Assembly (NCBI GenBank): GCA_964270895.1
Contig: OZ185440.1
Strand: one strand, 5' to 3'
Source: Podarcis filfolensis
Taxonomy: Eukaryota
Length of the DNA stretch: 64,000 bases
The translations under genes and the position numbers were made by a program. Shown here piece after piece: positions 35,897 through 49,737 of the stretch. How positions within the stretch are numbered: position 1 is the stretch's first letter; each line of letters starts with the position of its first letter. The notes under the pieces are model-generated. The model was given only the letters and a program-made list of their open reading frames with translations. It was not told the origin of the DNA and did no database searches.

Positions 35897-38363
35897 CAAA
35901 GGCCCGCCTAGTCCAGCATCCTACTTTCACAGTGTCTAATCAGATGACAATGAGAGCACCACGTTGATTACTCCCCAAATAATCAGATTTGCAAGTGGGT
36001 GTGAGTCAGTGTGGTCAAAAGCCAGAGATGATGGGAACTATGGTCTGAAACATCTGGAGAGCACCATGTTGATTACTGGTGTGTACTTGAATTCCTCATG
36101 CAAAATAGGGACAGTTTGGAGGCCCCCTCGATCATGTCAAAAAGGATTTGGTCCATTGGCCACTCAAAGATTGTCAAACCTTTCTTATGTGTGTACAGAC
36201 TGCACAGGCTGAGCAGCCATTATGCAGTATTTCCCCAAATGTGCATGTTATGAGAACAATAAAGATAATAATCATTGAGAGGTTTGATACGTATGCTAAT
36301 TGCGAAAACCTTATTAGATAGCTGTTACTGTGAAACAGTGGCAATAACCTTAATGAACTTGTAACGAGCTTCTTGTTTTAGCTGGCTTCAATCCTTCCCC
36401 CAGGGTGGCATGCATAACATACTATCCTCATAACTACCCTGTGAGGTAAGTTAAGCTGAGAGTGTGTGAGTGGCTCAGTTTCACCTAAGGAGTAACATGG
36501 CCGGGTAAGGTGTTGAATGAAGTCAGGGCTGATGGGCACCAAGTTGATGAATGCTGCCTCAGCCTGACACTTTATCTGTCTATTAGGCCGTGATATCTGT
36601 CCCTGTCAGCTGCTTGTGGTCCTGCTTAGGAGATGCCAGCGAGAGAAGCCTTGCAACTAAGTTTGACCACAAGTGATCCAGGGTCAGAGCGCAAGCTGCT
36701 ATTGCTCCTGTGGCACTTGCTAACAAATTACTTCATATTAGCATGAAAGAATAGAGTTTGTGCTTGAGACAGCAGCATTCTTCTCATCTCCCAAACTATT
36801 GAAATATAGATGGCATATATATTCCTGGAGCAGCTGATGTGGTACCCACCAGAAGTTTGGGACCACAACTCCCATCAACCCCTGCCAGCATAGCCAACGT
36901 TCAGGGAAGATGAGAGTTGTAGTCCACAATATCCAGCAGGCTGCACTCTTGTAGATGCTTTAGAGCTCTGCTTTCCTGCACAATAACAGGTGTTTGGCAT
37001 AAGAGAGCAGCATGACTCACAAAACCTGAAGATTAATAGAGTGGACCTAGGATATCCTGGAAGTTAGCCCCCATCTGACATTTAGAAACTTGAAATAAAA
37101 GTAAAGAGAAAGGAGGACACCTATTTGCCATATACTTGCTTAAGTTACCTCTGCCATTTGGGTGAGCAAGCCATTGGATTTCTACTTGTAACCTCTTTGC
37201 TATGCTCGGGTTCCTTGTGTTTTGACAAAACACAGGTCAGTTGCTCCAGTGGAGTGCCTTAAAGTAATTCCCACAGAGGAACATATGTAAAAACTGTTTT
37301 GCTCCAACAATAACACTTGGAGGTGGGGCGGGTAGGAGGTTGCAGGAAAGATTTTTGAGCAAGAAGGCTGGCTGATATCCTGCCAAGAGAGCATTCCTCC
37401 AAAACCCATTTCCACATCAAAAGACCTTTTGAAATAATTGATGATATAAAATATACCAAATCACCTTTTCATTGTCAGTAAGTAAAATAAGTGAATGTTG
37501 TTCCTGGTAATCTGTGGTCAAAGCTGAAAGAACAACATCCCCAATTAAATGAAAACCCAAACAATTGCTTACTTTAATTTGGGCACCAACTTCCCTGTGT
37601 ACATTAGATGCATCTCACCCACTGAGTGTGGATTTCTTCAGTCTTCATCAAGCATGCCTTAAAGCAGCGTTAATAGACTTGCTTGTGCCTGCTGAAGGTG
37701 TTACTATTTCAGTGCAACAAGGAGAAGTGTTAAATTCCACGTTTTCACACACTTTGTTTGATAAATTACAGAGCATGCTACAATGCTTAGAGACTTCCCC
37801 CTCAAGGTTTACCTACAGGACAAGGCAAAGGTAAAACCATACCATTAGCTTGTTACTTGGGTGAAACAGAGCACACCTCTAGCAAACCAATAAAGCCAGG
37901 GGTCTCCACCACTGTAACACTTCTACAGTATCTTGGCTGTATATCTTCAAAAAAATATTCCATTTTGATCTGACCCTTCCTCCAAGGATCTCAGGACTGC
38001 AGACAAAGTGTCCCCACCTCTGTTCCATCTTCATAGCAACCCTGTACCATAGATTAGGCTAAGGCCACAATCCTATACTCACTTGCGTTGGTTGTAAGTC
38101 CCACTGAGCTAGAGATGCATAGGATTGTGCTGTGTGAGATGGAACTGGCTGTGGGCTTTGCAGCTGAGTGGGAATTTAAACTTGGATGTCCCTGGCCCTG
38201 GTCTAACAGCATAACCCAGGTTAGCTTTTTTTGCCCTCCAGATGTTGTTGGACCAACACCCAGCATGGTCAACCATCAGGGATAATGGGAATTGTGGTTC
38301 AACGATATCTGAAGGGCACTGTGTTGGTCAGCCATGTTCTAACAACTACAACAGTTCTGCTTT

Positions 38364-38580
38364 GGCCAAATATAGTGGTTAGAATGCCAGAGTAGGGCCT
38401 GGGAGACCAGGGTTCAAATCCCCACTTGGCCATGATGCTCACCATGGCCTCTCAGGCTAATCTACCTCACAGGGTTGTTGGGAGAATAAAATGCAGGAGA
38501 TGGAGAACCATGTACGCCTCCTTGATCTCCTTGGAGAAAAAAGTAGAATAGAAATTCAATATATAAACAAATAAATAGAT
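38364..38580 (+). mobile_element. tRNA-head MIR/L2-tailed SINE (Squam3-like)
   Basis: Same organisation as the 32550 copy. Confidence 0.7.
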
Positions 38581-40331
38581 GTGCTTGGAGGCGCTCTCTA
38601 TAGCAGCCCAGCATAAACACAGGATCACACAAAAGTGATCAGCACAGTATATATTTGCTCAATATGTGTATATATTCCCTAGCTACACCATCTCTGGCTT
38701 TCAAGACACAAGGAACACTGTCATGTTTCCTGTCGGCTCAAAGCAGCAGCAGCAGGCTCAGGCCCAGCCTGTCAGGATGCCCCAGTGTCTCTCAGCGCTG
38801 CTTTGTCTTTCAGACATTTCATCTCTCTGCAGCACTGCCTGTAATTAAATCTAGGCGGCGAGTTAGGAAATGCAATACCAGATGATACAACCAGTGGGGA
38901 ATTCACCTAGATCTGCAGGAACAGCACAAAAGAGCCCTGATGAGTAATGGACTCTAATACAGAGAATGACAACAATGAGCTACTAAAGATTTTAAGCTCC
39001 TTAAAAGTGGGGAGGAGAGGGGAGTCAGAGGCTGCCTCACACAAATCTTTGTGCAAGGGAAAGCATCCCCTTTTGATTAGCGCTCTAAACAATCAACTGG
39101 TGGGCTGTCTGCAGCAGACCACCTACACAAGGCAGCCAAGCTCTCCCAATACTGAATGGAAAAGCAGCCTGCCTCCCCCAATACACGCATGCAGCACAGG
39201 GGATGCTGACGTTACCAAGGTGGCTTGGGAGGTACGTATTACTCAGATATCTGAAGCGGAGGAAGGTGTTCAGTTTCCCACGTTGCTCTTAATGAGTTGT
39301 GTGTGGTGGGGCCAGAGAGGATAAAGATGTTTTATCTATTAGATTTGTGGCCAATATTTCCTCTAAAGCATATTACCGGTATGTCCTGCCTTTTAGCCTT
39401 ATGGCAGCCCTGTGAGGAGTAAGCTGAGAGACAGGGGCCGACTCAAGATCACCCAGTCAGTTTGGGGGCTATGGGGTTTTGACCCCTGCTCTCCCCACAC
39501 CAAGGGTGGAATTCAACTAACTTTTACACAGGGGACATGAACTCGACTATGGATGGAATTCATCATAGTGCTAAGGTGAATGTTCTGTCTGTGCAAGCTT
39601 TTCAGCTTGTCAAATGGAACAATGCCCCCTGTGTGGCATTTTGGGGGTTCTCCTGACTCCCCCAAGGCTCATTTGGGGAGCATGCAGGGAGGACATGGGG
39701 AAATCACTGTGGCACAAGCGGAAATCCTTGCTCAGGGCTTCTATTGACAGGGTTCATTAGGTGAATCCTAAACTGGGGCCATTAATTGTGATGGGTCTAC
39801 TCTAGTCCAGCCCTCCAGCCACATTGGTTCTTTCAGAGATTGAAGGCTTCCCAGTCCCGCTTCCCACCATGCCTGGCTGACTCCTGAAGCCACATGCTGA
39901 TATTCTGGAGGCATCGATGCATTATTTTCTTAAAAGGCTGCCAGGCTGTTAAATCTTCAAAAGCACATTTGCATCAGTTTCATGAGCACCTTAATCCTGG
40001 TCTAAGCATAATGAGAGCTTCTCAGATTCTCAGTTTTCAGTTGTATGCACACACGGTCCTTTGTGTTGATTCCTCAGGGCTGGCCTAGGACCTTTTGCTG
40101 TCTGAGGTGGAGGACAAGATGGCGCCAGAACCTCCCTCAATTCCACGTAAAAAGGCTGCGCAGATCAGCAACCAACCTTTACTTCAGTACTGGTGCTGAG
40201 ATAGATGAGGGCAGTAAGCCAGGAGGGCCTGTACAAGCTAGACTTGGAAGCCACTGCCACCCCACTCCTGCATCCGGCCTCTGAAACATCCTCATTCTGC
40301 CTAACCGTAGGGCCATCCCTGTGAAATAAAA

Positions 40332-40527
40332 GGGAATGATCACAGCTCAGTGCAAGAGCCTCCACCTTGCATGCAGAAGGTCTCAGGTTCAACCCCTGGC
40401 AGCTCCAAGTAGCATTGGGGAAAGTCTCCCCATCTGAAATGCTGGAGAGATGCTACCAGGTACTGCAGACAATGCTGAGCTACATGGACCAATGGTCTGA
40501 CTCTGTGTCAGGCAGCTCTCTTTGTTC
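40332..40527 (+). mobile_element. tRNA-head SINE (Squam2-like)
   Basis: CACAGCTCAGTG...GCATGCAGAAGGTCTCAGGTTCAACCCC head and GGACCAATGGTCTGACTC tail. Confidence 0.7.
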
Positions 40528-40729
40528 CGACGAAAAGGCAGGTTCCTTTCCACCTTCTTGACTCCCCTAAGGTCCAATGTAGAATGAAGGTACATGCTAC
40601 AATGCACCTTGTACAAATCACTACAAATTTTGCTTGCGCAATGGAACATTCTCTCCACCCCTCCATTTTGGCCATACCCACCACAGGCATGCAGGCCCCA
40701 GAAGGTTGGCCAAAGGCGTATGTATAAGG

Positions 40730-40863
40730 CAGGCATAGGCAAACTCCGGCCCTCCAGATGTTTGGGACTACAATTCCCATCATTCCTGAACACGTCCTGT
40801 TAGCTAGGGCTGATGGGAATTGTAGTCCCAAACATCTGGAGGGCTGGAGTTTGCCTATGCCTG
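40730..40863. mobile_element. Palindromic hAT MITE, 134 bp
   Basis: About 50-bp near-perfect inverted arms CAGGCATAGGCAAACTCC..., with a perfect 8-bp TSD GTATAAGG (40722-40729, 40864-40871). Confidence 0.92.
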
Positions 40864-40980
40864 GTATAAGGCCAGCAAATGTCAACCACCTCTCTTCTAG
40901 AGTGTCTTTCATTGGGGTGAAACAATTCATCTAAATTGCATTGCAGATTGTGACATAGCCTAAAAATACTGAGAGTAATA

Positions 40981-41342
40981 AAAAGGTAAAGGTACCCCTG
41001 CCCGTATGGGCCAGCCTTGTCAGATTCTAGGGTTGTGCGCTCATCTCACTTAAGAGGCCGGGAGCCAGCGCTGTCCGCAGACACTTCCAGGTCATGTGGC
41101 CAGGGTGACATAGCTGCTCTGGCGAGCCTGCACCAGCGCAGCACATGGAACGCCGTTTACCTTCCCGCTATAAAGCGGTACCTATTTATCTACTTGCACT
41201 TAGGGGTGCTTTCGAACTGCTAGGTGGGCAGGAGCTGGGACCGAAAGACGGGAGCTCACCCCGCCGCAGGGATTCGAACCGCCGACCATACGATCGGCAA
41301 GTCCTAGGCACTGAGGTTTTACCCACAGCGCCACCCGCGTCC
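40981..41342 (-). mobile_element. Sauria SINE, full length (different subfamily tail region)
   Basis: AAAGGTAAAGGTACCCC tail and CACAGCGCCACCCGCGTCC head; TGAGAGTA is present on both flanks. Confidence 0.93.
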
Positions 41343-42907
41343 TGAGAGTATTACTGAGAGTAATACTCTGCAATAAAAGATTAGAGTTTTGAGAACTCTC
41401 CTATAAACAACCAATGAAACAATCTAGCTTGCTCCAAATGGGATAGAGTGACACTATTTCAAATAATTACCTGGTACCTTGGGAAGCACACTGCATTATG
41501 ATGGCAAAATTTACCACCTAGAGGAGAAAATGGCCATAAATACTGGTTTTTTCATATACTACTAGCAACTAAGCAAGGGATGTGAGTCAAGGCATATGGA
41601 TGGATCTGCCCTAAGAGGGAACTAGAGCAAAGGACTGGTTCACACATTTATTTTTAAGTTGTAAAACTCGCACATGAGGTGTTACCCACCTTATTTTCAT
41701 ATGGGGAGCCATTTGCCTGAAATGTCTCCTCTGTGAAAATCCCTGCAATTACCACATCAAATAAAACACTTCAAAATAATATTTTCCCCAATAGCAGTAA
41801 CCTTTTTTCTGTTCTGTAAAGGTTATTTTCAGTGCTACAATCACAATTTCTCATTTTTCTAATCTCAAATTGAGTCCTCCACATTTTCAGATCAATTTGT
41901 GATTTCTTTAAAAATGGAGTCCTTGTGAAAATTCACCAGCATTTTAGTGTGAATTTCTCCTAATATATACATGTTATGCAATTTCACCGAATAGACACAT
42001 CTCTGCAAAGCCATAATCCCATAAAATCAGTGGGGGGGGGGGTTGGGGGGTGTACGCAGGGGTACGCATACCCCTAAACATTTTGTGAATCTATGTTTGG
42101 CCTCATTGCAGTATTTCAATATTCTTAATCCGTAGACTGGTGATCTCCTGTAACTCCTGTTTTTCTCTAATCTCATATTTTTAACTAGTACTCAGACCAT
42201 TTGTGCCACACTGACCTTGCTGCTTGCTCTACCTCCCAGTAAGCAGCAGCAATGTAACCAACCAGCAGTCAGGTGAGCATGGCTGTCCTACCATGCCACC
42301 CACAACTGTTTTCTGCTAGCAAAGACATAACATGCACAGCTTGGCCATCAACCATTAAGGAACAGTAACCCCCCCCCCCCCATTATTAACATGCTTTTCT
42401 CCAAATCCAGACTCATTCAGAGCAATCAGATAGCAGGGGTTTGTACACCATCTTTGTGGTTCTTCTGCATGTATGCTGCCACTAGACCATGGAGAAGCAG
42501 GTCTTGGCTCCTTCCCCAAAACATGCAAGCAAAGGCTGTTACTTATAGTAAGAAGGAGGGTTTTGTTCAAGCAAGTAATGGCACAGGCTGAGCCATAGAC
42601 ACAAGGCTCGGGAGTCACAATCCAGGAATTTGGGGGAGAGGCGAGAAGTTCAAAAGAGATGAAGGTGTGCCAACAAGTTTTTAAAGATAAGGCATGATGT
42701 CAGGAGTGGGAAACTCAATTGCATGGCCAATCCATGCAGAAAACAGACTGGAAATCACCACCCATCAGCTGCTGGATCAAGACTTCAAGGCTGCTGATTA
42801 GGCTCTTTCCATACCCTGCATGGTGAAGCCTGGTAGCATTGTGGCATCAGGTCTGCAGAGAGTAGGGAAGATAAGGCCAGACCAGGCTCCTCTCTCATGC
42901 CCTAAGC

Positions 42908-43234
42908 CAGGGGTCAGCAACCTTTTTCAGCCGTGGGCCAGTCCAACATCCCTCAGACCATGTGGTGGGCCAGACTATATTTTGAAAAAGAAAAAAAATG
43001 AACAAATTCCTATGCCCCACAAATAACCCAGAGATGCATTTTAATTAAAAGCACACATTCTACTCATGTAAAAACACCAGACAGGCCCCACAAATAACTG
43101 AGAGATACATTTTAAATAAAAGGACACATTCTACTGATGTAAAAACACACTGATTCCTGGACCATCTGCGGGCCGGATTGAGAAGGCAATTGGGCCGCAT
43201 ATCTGGCCCACGGGCCTTAGGTTGCCTACCCCTG
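42908..43234. mobile_element. hAT-Charlie-type MITE with an internal ~64-bp duplication
   Basis: TIR CAGGGGTCAGCAAC / GTTGCCTACCCCTG, perfect TSD CCCTAAGC (42900-42907, 43235-43242), and direct repeats at 43014-43077 and 43085-43148. Confidence 0.92.
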
Positions 43235-45488
43235 CCCTAAGCAGCTTACTGTCCTCAGATGTGGTGGAAGATGCTGTCCCATCCCTGCTGCTGAAATAAG
43301 ATTCAAAAGCCAATCTGGTCAGGGAGGGATGTTGTATTGCCCATCTCCTGCCCATCAGGCTCCTCATGATTGACGTTGACACAGCTCAGTCTCTTCCCTT
43401 ACTTAGCACAACCAAAACACCACAACAATTCAGCCCAAGGAAAAGCTGCTCTGAGTACCTATTACATTCCTATCAGCAAGCTGAGAACTTTTCCATCTTT
43501 CCCTTGCAGCAGCAAGAGCACCTCTCCTCATGAAACTGAACAGTCTGGGTTTCAAGTCCCCTGGAGGAAAATTGTGGCTCATCTGAGAACACGGTGACAC
43601 AGCGGAGTCAAACAGGAACACAGGATAGGACAGGAAGAGCTGGGGAATGAGGGGTGTCATTTTCAGGTGCCCAAAACAGAAATGCAAAGAAGGACTAAAC
43701 TGTTAGGTCTCTGCTTAATCCCCAGTAATTTTGACAAGCAACTAGAGAGTGAGGGAAGAAGCAGTGTTGTAAATTATGCTTCAGTGATCTGGATATGACT
43801 GAGGAGAGCGGGGAGGAAAGAAGATTAGAAGAAGGGGATTAAAAAGAGGGAGAACAGCATAGAAGGAGTCAGATTGAGTCTACAAAGTGGTGTCACTGAC
43901 AAAATATCAGTATACATTGCAGGTTACACCTGTCCAGAGGTGCCCACTTGCAAGGGCGATGGGGTGGGGGGCAACGCTGCAGGCGTTTGACGTCAGGAGG
44001 AGTCGAGGGTGGAGCCAAACATGGCGGTTGTTATTTAATATGTTTATAGATGGCCATAAGTACTGATTGTTTAAGGACCTATTGATCTTTTTCATGTGTA
44101 CAGCTTGAAATATATAAACACAATATTGGAAAACGGCTGCTAACTTGTCTCTAGAGGTATGGTGAGATGCACTATAGAACAAAGCTGTTATGGAGAAACT
44201 AACAAAACACCTCATGAAGGAACACAAAGGCCAAAGACAATTTCAAAACAGTATGGTTCATGTTTATTCAGTACACTGGAAATGACCATGTTGTGGCTCA
44301 CTCTGAGACAGCCTGTTAAGACGGAGAGTAGAAGACACTTAACTGATATAATCAACTCTAAACTATTGTCCAGACCTGCCTAACGTTTGACTGTATGGCG
44401 TACATTGTAAAAATGTGGAATGTTTCTTGGGGGATAGATGTATCTGGGGCTTCTCTGTTATAAGCATTTCAGAAGCTGAAAAATAAGGTTTTGAAAACCC
44501 CTGCGTCTACTTTACTAGGAGCACATCTGATCTCACTCATTCTCTCTTTCCCTCTCTCCCACCTCCCTTCCACAAACACATACGTCCCAAAGCAAAGGGC
44601 ATATGACCCTTTCTTCATATCAAGCTTAACAAGAGTAACTCCAGAGAGAGGATGGAAACATGGCAACGCTACCGGTCGAACCCTGCGAGTTCGAATTCCA
44701 GCTATTTCTGAGGATGCCTCGGACCTGCACTCTCGCACACACTGCGAAGGAATCACTTTCATGAACTTAATCTCCAGAGTGTCTAACAGGGAAAGGGGAA
44801 ATGAGGGAAAACATTTTCCTAGCAATGCCTGGCCATTCATCTTGCATGAACGGAACAAAGAAAACAAGCATAACCCTTGCACCACAGCCTCCAGCCTAGA
44901 ATTCTCACTCAGGGTGTGTTTATGGATTTCTTGGTTGTTCATCCCCCAAGGAATGTCAACAATAAAAAAGTGGGCTTGGGTTGTATCTGGGTTAAGATAA
45001 GCTAAGAGAAAGTTAAGAGAAGTAACAATGAACTCTACCTTGTGCAAGATGGCATTTTGTTTTTGCCCCCCACCCCCAAGCAACAGCATGTTTATCTGCT
45101 CAAATGTTTATTTGTTTGTCATTTTCACTTCTTTTTACACTTTGAAATCCGCTGCTTATGGGGGAGCATGTTTGTTGCACAGACCAGCCAATCAAAGCTG
45201 TGCAGAGCCCTGCTCTGCATTCAGACTTGGGGACTATTGCATTAGTTATCCTGATTATAATGGTAGCATTTCTGTCCCAGTTTCTAATGTTCCTTTTATG
45301 TGCTATGGACCATAAAACATAGAAATTATGAGGTAATGAAACATCATGAAAATGGAATGAAGTGGTGTCTGAATACAGTCTCAATCAAATCAGCACTGTG
45401 CAAATCCGGCTTCTACTCAAACATGAACAACAGGCTCCTCCTGGCCCTGAAGAAAAAGGATGAGGAACCCGTGCCCCTCCAGATGTTC

Positions 45489-46080
45489 ACAGAATCATAG
45501 AACTGTAGAGTTGGAAGGGACTCCAGGGCCATCCAGTCCAACCCCCTTCAGTGCAGAAATCATTACAGTGGTAACTCGGGTTAAGAACTTAATTTGTTCT
45601 GGAGGTCCGTTCTTAACCTGAAACTGTTCTTAACCTGAGGTACCACTTTAGCTAATGGGGCCTCCCACCACTGCCCCGTGATTTCTGTTCTCATCCTGAA
45701 GCAAAGTTCTTAACCCGAGGTACTATTTCTGGGTTAGTGGTGTCTGTAACCTGAAGGATCTATAACCCGAGGTACGACTGTACTAAAGAATCTCTGACAG
45801 ATGGCCATCCAAAATCTGTTTAGAAACCTTCAGTGAAGGAGAGTCCACCACCTTCTGAGGGAGTCTATTCCACTGTCAAACAGTTCTTACCATCAGAAAG
45901 TTCTTACTTGTTACTTGAATCCTTTGGTTCAGGTCCTCCCTTCTGGAGCAGCAGAAAACAAACTTGCTCCATCTTCCAGGTGACAGCCCTTCAGAGATTT
46001 GAAGATGGGCCTCATATCATCTCTCAGTCTTCTTTTCTTCTGACTGAAACATACTCAACTCCCCCAACTATTCCACAAGG
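45489..46080 (-). mobile_element. CR1 LINE 3' fragment interrupted by a mariner MITE
   Basis: AGAATCATAGAACTGTAGAGTTGGAAGGG is the CR1 3' end read in reverse; CR1-like sequence resumes after 45782. Confidence 0.75.
45566..45780. mobile_element. Tc1/mariner MITE, copy 4
   Basis: TA at 45564-45565 and 45781-45782; same body as copies 1 and 3. Confidence 0.9.
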
Positions 46081-49000
46081 TTGTGATCTCCTCACTGGGT
46101 CATCTGGTTGTCCCTTCGGCCTGATCCAAGCCCTTCTTTCAGTTCTAATGTGGCTCCTGGGAGTCCCACATCATCCTGAGGGCCCCATGTCCGACTACCC
46201 CCTTTCTACAGCTAATTCAGCTTCCTACAAATCCCACCATCCCTGGCCATTGGCCATGCTAGCTGGGCCTAAGGAGAGTTCAACAACACCTGGAGAGCTA
46301 TATGCTCCTCTTCCCTGTCAGAAAGACAGCGAGTGCTTTTCCAAGGTGGGGTCCCTGCCAAAAAATATGCATGGCTGCACACCCCCAGAGTGAAATTGAA
46401 GTGACACTGGCAATTAACTGAGTGCTCAGTGCAGCTGATGATTTCTCTGTTGTTACATCTTTACTATAATTCTGAATGCTAACAAATTAAGGGGAATAAT
46501 GAGAAAACTAAGTGCTCCCACACATATCTCCAAGGATGAAACTGGCCTGTGTGCCTTTACTCTGTTGGAGTCGAGTATCTTGGAATAGATTATCTATGGC
46601 TCTTGCAGGGAGTCAGGCTAATTTGGAGCATTTTTACTAAACCACTTTGACCAGGAAAGGGGTGGGGATGGTTTACCTCCTGGTTCAAAAACAAATCTGG
46701 TCCTACTTCCTGAAATCTGATCCAATCTGATATGACATGAACTTTCAGCATTATAGTGGCCCCAAGTCCTCTGTTCATGTACCATTATCCTTTCCAAAAA
46801 AAGAGAGAAGTTTTCAGAAGGAAGGAGAGCAAATTAAGGCAAATGGGAAGACAAGAATGCTGGCAGAATCTCTGAGCTTCTTTTTCTGCGAACCAACCTC
46901 CCTGCGGACACCGCCCGCCTGCTGACATTCCACCAGCACCGGCTGAAGAATAATTAGCCAAGGCAGCTGCTGGAACGTTGGATTAAAATGATACTAGATG
47001 AATTTCATTTTGCTCCATTTCACTTGATTTGAGCTTTTGCTGTGCTCCCTCCCTCCTTTGCCTGCTCCGACTGCTGCTGTTTAACACCCACATGGCAATT
47101 CCCCTAGTAATTCTGTTCCCTGCGTGTGCATTCAAAAGAACCTCATTTGAATGTCTGCTACCTCTTTCCCCCTTCCATCATAACACTGTGACCAGATGCA
47201 GATTCCATGGTTTCAGCATCAATTGAAAAAAATTCTCCCCCGCCCCACACATGTTTACCATCTGGCCTGACAAAGAGTTCTGTGGAACCTGAAAGTTTGC
47301 ACACTGTTTTGTGATATTTTGGTGGGCCTAATAAAGGTATTGTTGTAATATGGAATTTGAAATATTTTTGATGAGCCAACATGGTTACCTTTACACTCTT
47401 TGTGACTTGGGGAAAAAAACAAAATTAGACACTCCTACCAACTGCTAGATAAAGCCACCCAGTTTGGCTGCAAAAAGAATGATCCAAAATATGAAATCTC
47501 ATAAGCTCTCAAACACCGGTGGCCATTGTATGTCATCTGTTGCATACTGAAAATATGATTGCAGTCTAGCCATCACACACACACCCCACACACAGTGGTT
47601 TTCAAGCTGCATATTTGCTAGGGAACTTGGCTTTATGTAGGGTTTTTGGAGAAGCTTAGTGTTGATGGAAGAAATTCTTTGAAAGAAAGCTAATCACTGC
47701 CACTGTTCCCATGTAAAGCACAGCTATAGGTGAGTGTTGGGTGCACTATAGTCAGGGGTGGAGAATCTGTGGCCATCCAGATGTTGTTGGACCACAGTTC
47801 CCATGGCCAGAGTGTGCTTCACACTGGAGGGCTCCAAACCAACCACAGCTCTGCACTAGAGCATACGCTCACTTCACAGTGATTGGTGGTGAAGACAAGT
47901 GGTGTCCCACACAAATTGAATTTGAATATCCTAAAATCCTGTACAACATTGAAAGGATTCCTTATGTTCTTTGTAGACAGATTGACAACACTGAAATATC
48001 AAGATGACATACCTAGTCAAATACTACATGCATGCATGTATGCCAAAGGCTACATACATGTAACTATCGGATACGATAACATATTGACTGTTTGATCAAA
48101 AAATGAAATCAAGTATCACTGGGTCTCAAATGTAGCTTTCAAATATCCTGAGAATATTCGGCAGATGTTTGAGCAGCCAAAGGTCACTGGCAGAATTTTT
48201 CATGCTAAAATGCCACTGCAAAGTTGTCCCAAATAAGTAGAGTAGCTGCTGTGAGCTGTATTAGTGTGGGCAATACGGAACTGCTCAGCTTTGTACTGTA
48301 TATGAAATTCATAATTGGCTAGGCATGTAAGCTTTAGTAAGCCTAATAATTGGATATATCGATAACTGGATGATCAGTGGAACTCAATTATAATCAGCAG
48401 GGACAAAGTTTAACTGTTCGAGTTAAGGGACAAAGACACATTTGTCTATTTTTAAAGGCTATTTTGGCTCTAATACATTGGAGCTGGATCAGATAAGACT
48501 AGCCACTGAACACAAACAAGGGCAGCAAGGATTCTGTGAGGACTGCTGCCACCTCTGATGACTCGCCTGCTGCTCTCTTTTTCCGGCAGGCTCATGAACC
48601 CTCTTCATTCTGGTGGGAAGAACAGGCTTCCACAGGGTGGCTGAATGAGGAGTTCAGTCTCTGCCATGCCACCCAGAGGGAGACTGCAGATGAACTGCGA
48701 CTGCTCCTTCCACCACCAGCCTTCTGTGGTGCAGCACCCAGAGCATAGATGGCTAACCTTTTATCAGCCAAATTCACCTTTCACCAATTCTCCCAGGGCC
48801 CCATGTCAGTGTTGCAGGTGGTCCAAGCAATTGTGAACACATACTGCCACACAGACAGAGGCACATAGCCCCCCTCCTCAACTGATCCAGGCAAACCAGC
48901 TGAGGAGGAGGGTTGTTAATTCCCCTCCACTCATCAAATGATTGATTTGCTGGCCAGGAAGGGGGTGATTTGTGGGGTGAATGCTGTGTCTAGTAAACAA

Positions 49001-49737
49001 ACAAACAAACAAACAAACCATTTTTGCCACCACTGCCGTGACCAATGTGGGTTGTTGCTGTTTTTTGGGGGGGTTAAAATTGATTGTGGGGGCTGGACTA
49101 GACCCCTGAACAAGGGCTTAGAAACCCCTGGCCTAGAGAGAAAGAGGATGAGCAAACAGGCAGCACTGCAGTAAAGAGAGGAGAGAAGTTGTCAATTACT
49201 GTTTTCTGTTTAATATCTCTCCTGACCAGCAATGGCTGACAGTGGGCTCCTTTTTCCAAAGTGTGCCTAACATACTGTGCAGTTTGTCCTCAGGTCTCAG
49301 TGAGCGGTGACATTTATGCTATGGAAGTGCAAGGAGAGCAGAGCTGCACCTGCCAGGTGCAGACCTGACCAGAAGCTTCCTCCTCTTTCATCCGTGGTAA
49401 GATATCTAAGTTCCCAATAGGATGAAGAACTGGAAGCATCAGGATGAAAGGAGGTGAGGGATAATAAGTGCAGGGAACCTCAAAGAGCATGTTAGCAAAC
49501 TGCAAAAGCTGTATCCATTCTCTCTGTTATGGTCACATATCCGTCTACTGCAAATATACCCAGGTTTAAGGAAATTTTTAAAAGCCAGGAACATTTTTGG
49601 CCAAACCTGGGATGGTAAAGGAGCTGAACTGAGACCACCAAGAGACACTCAAAGCAAGAGGCACTGAACTAGGCACTGCTTCTCACCTGTCTCTTATGGT
49701 GAGGAAAGAGCAGAAAAGGGTTTTGGGTGGTAGTTTT

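Noticed and set aside
40115-40126. YY1 consensus CAAGATGGCGCC
   Set aside because: It is part of a MITE body (related copy near 52480), so it is not evidence of a promoter.
44469-45089. Overlapping 206-aa (-) and 169-aa (+) ORFs
   Set aside because: No recognisable domain and overlapping antisense frames; only the CpG islet inside is reported.
45833-46393. 186-aa ORF
   Set aside because: It is the antisense reading of a decayed CR1 3' region.
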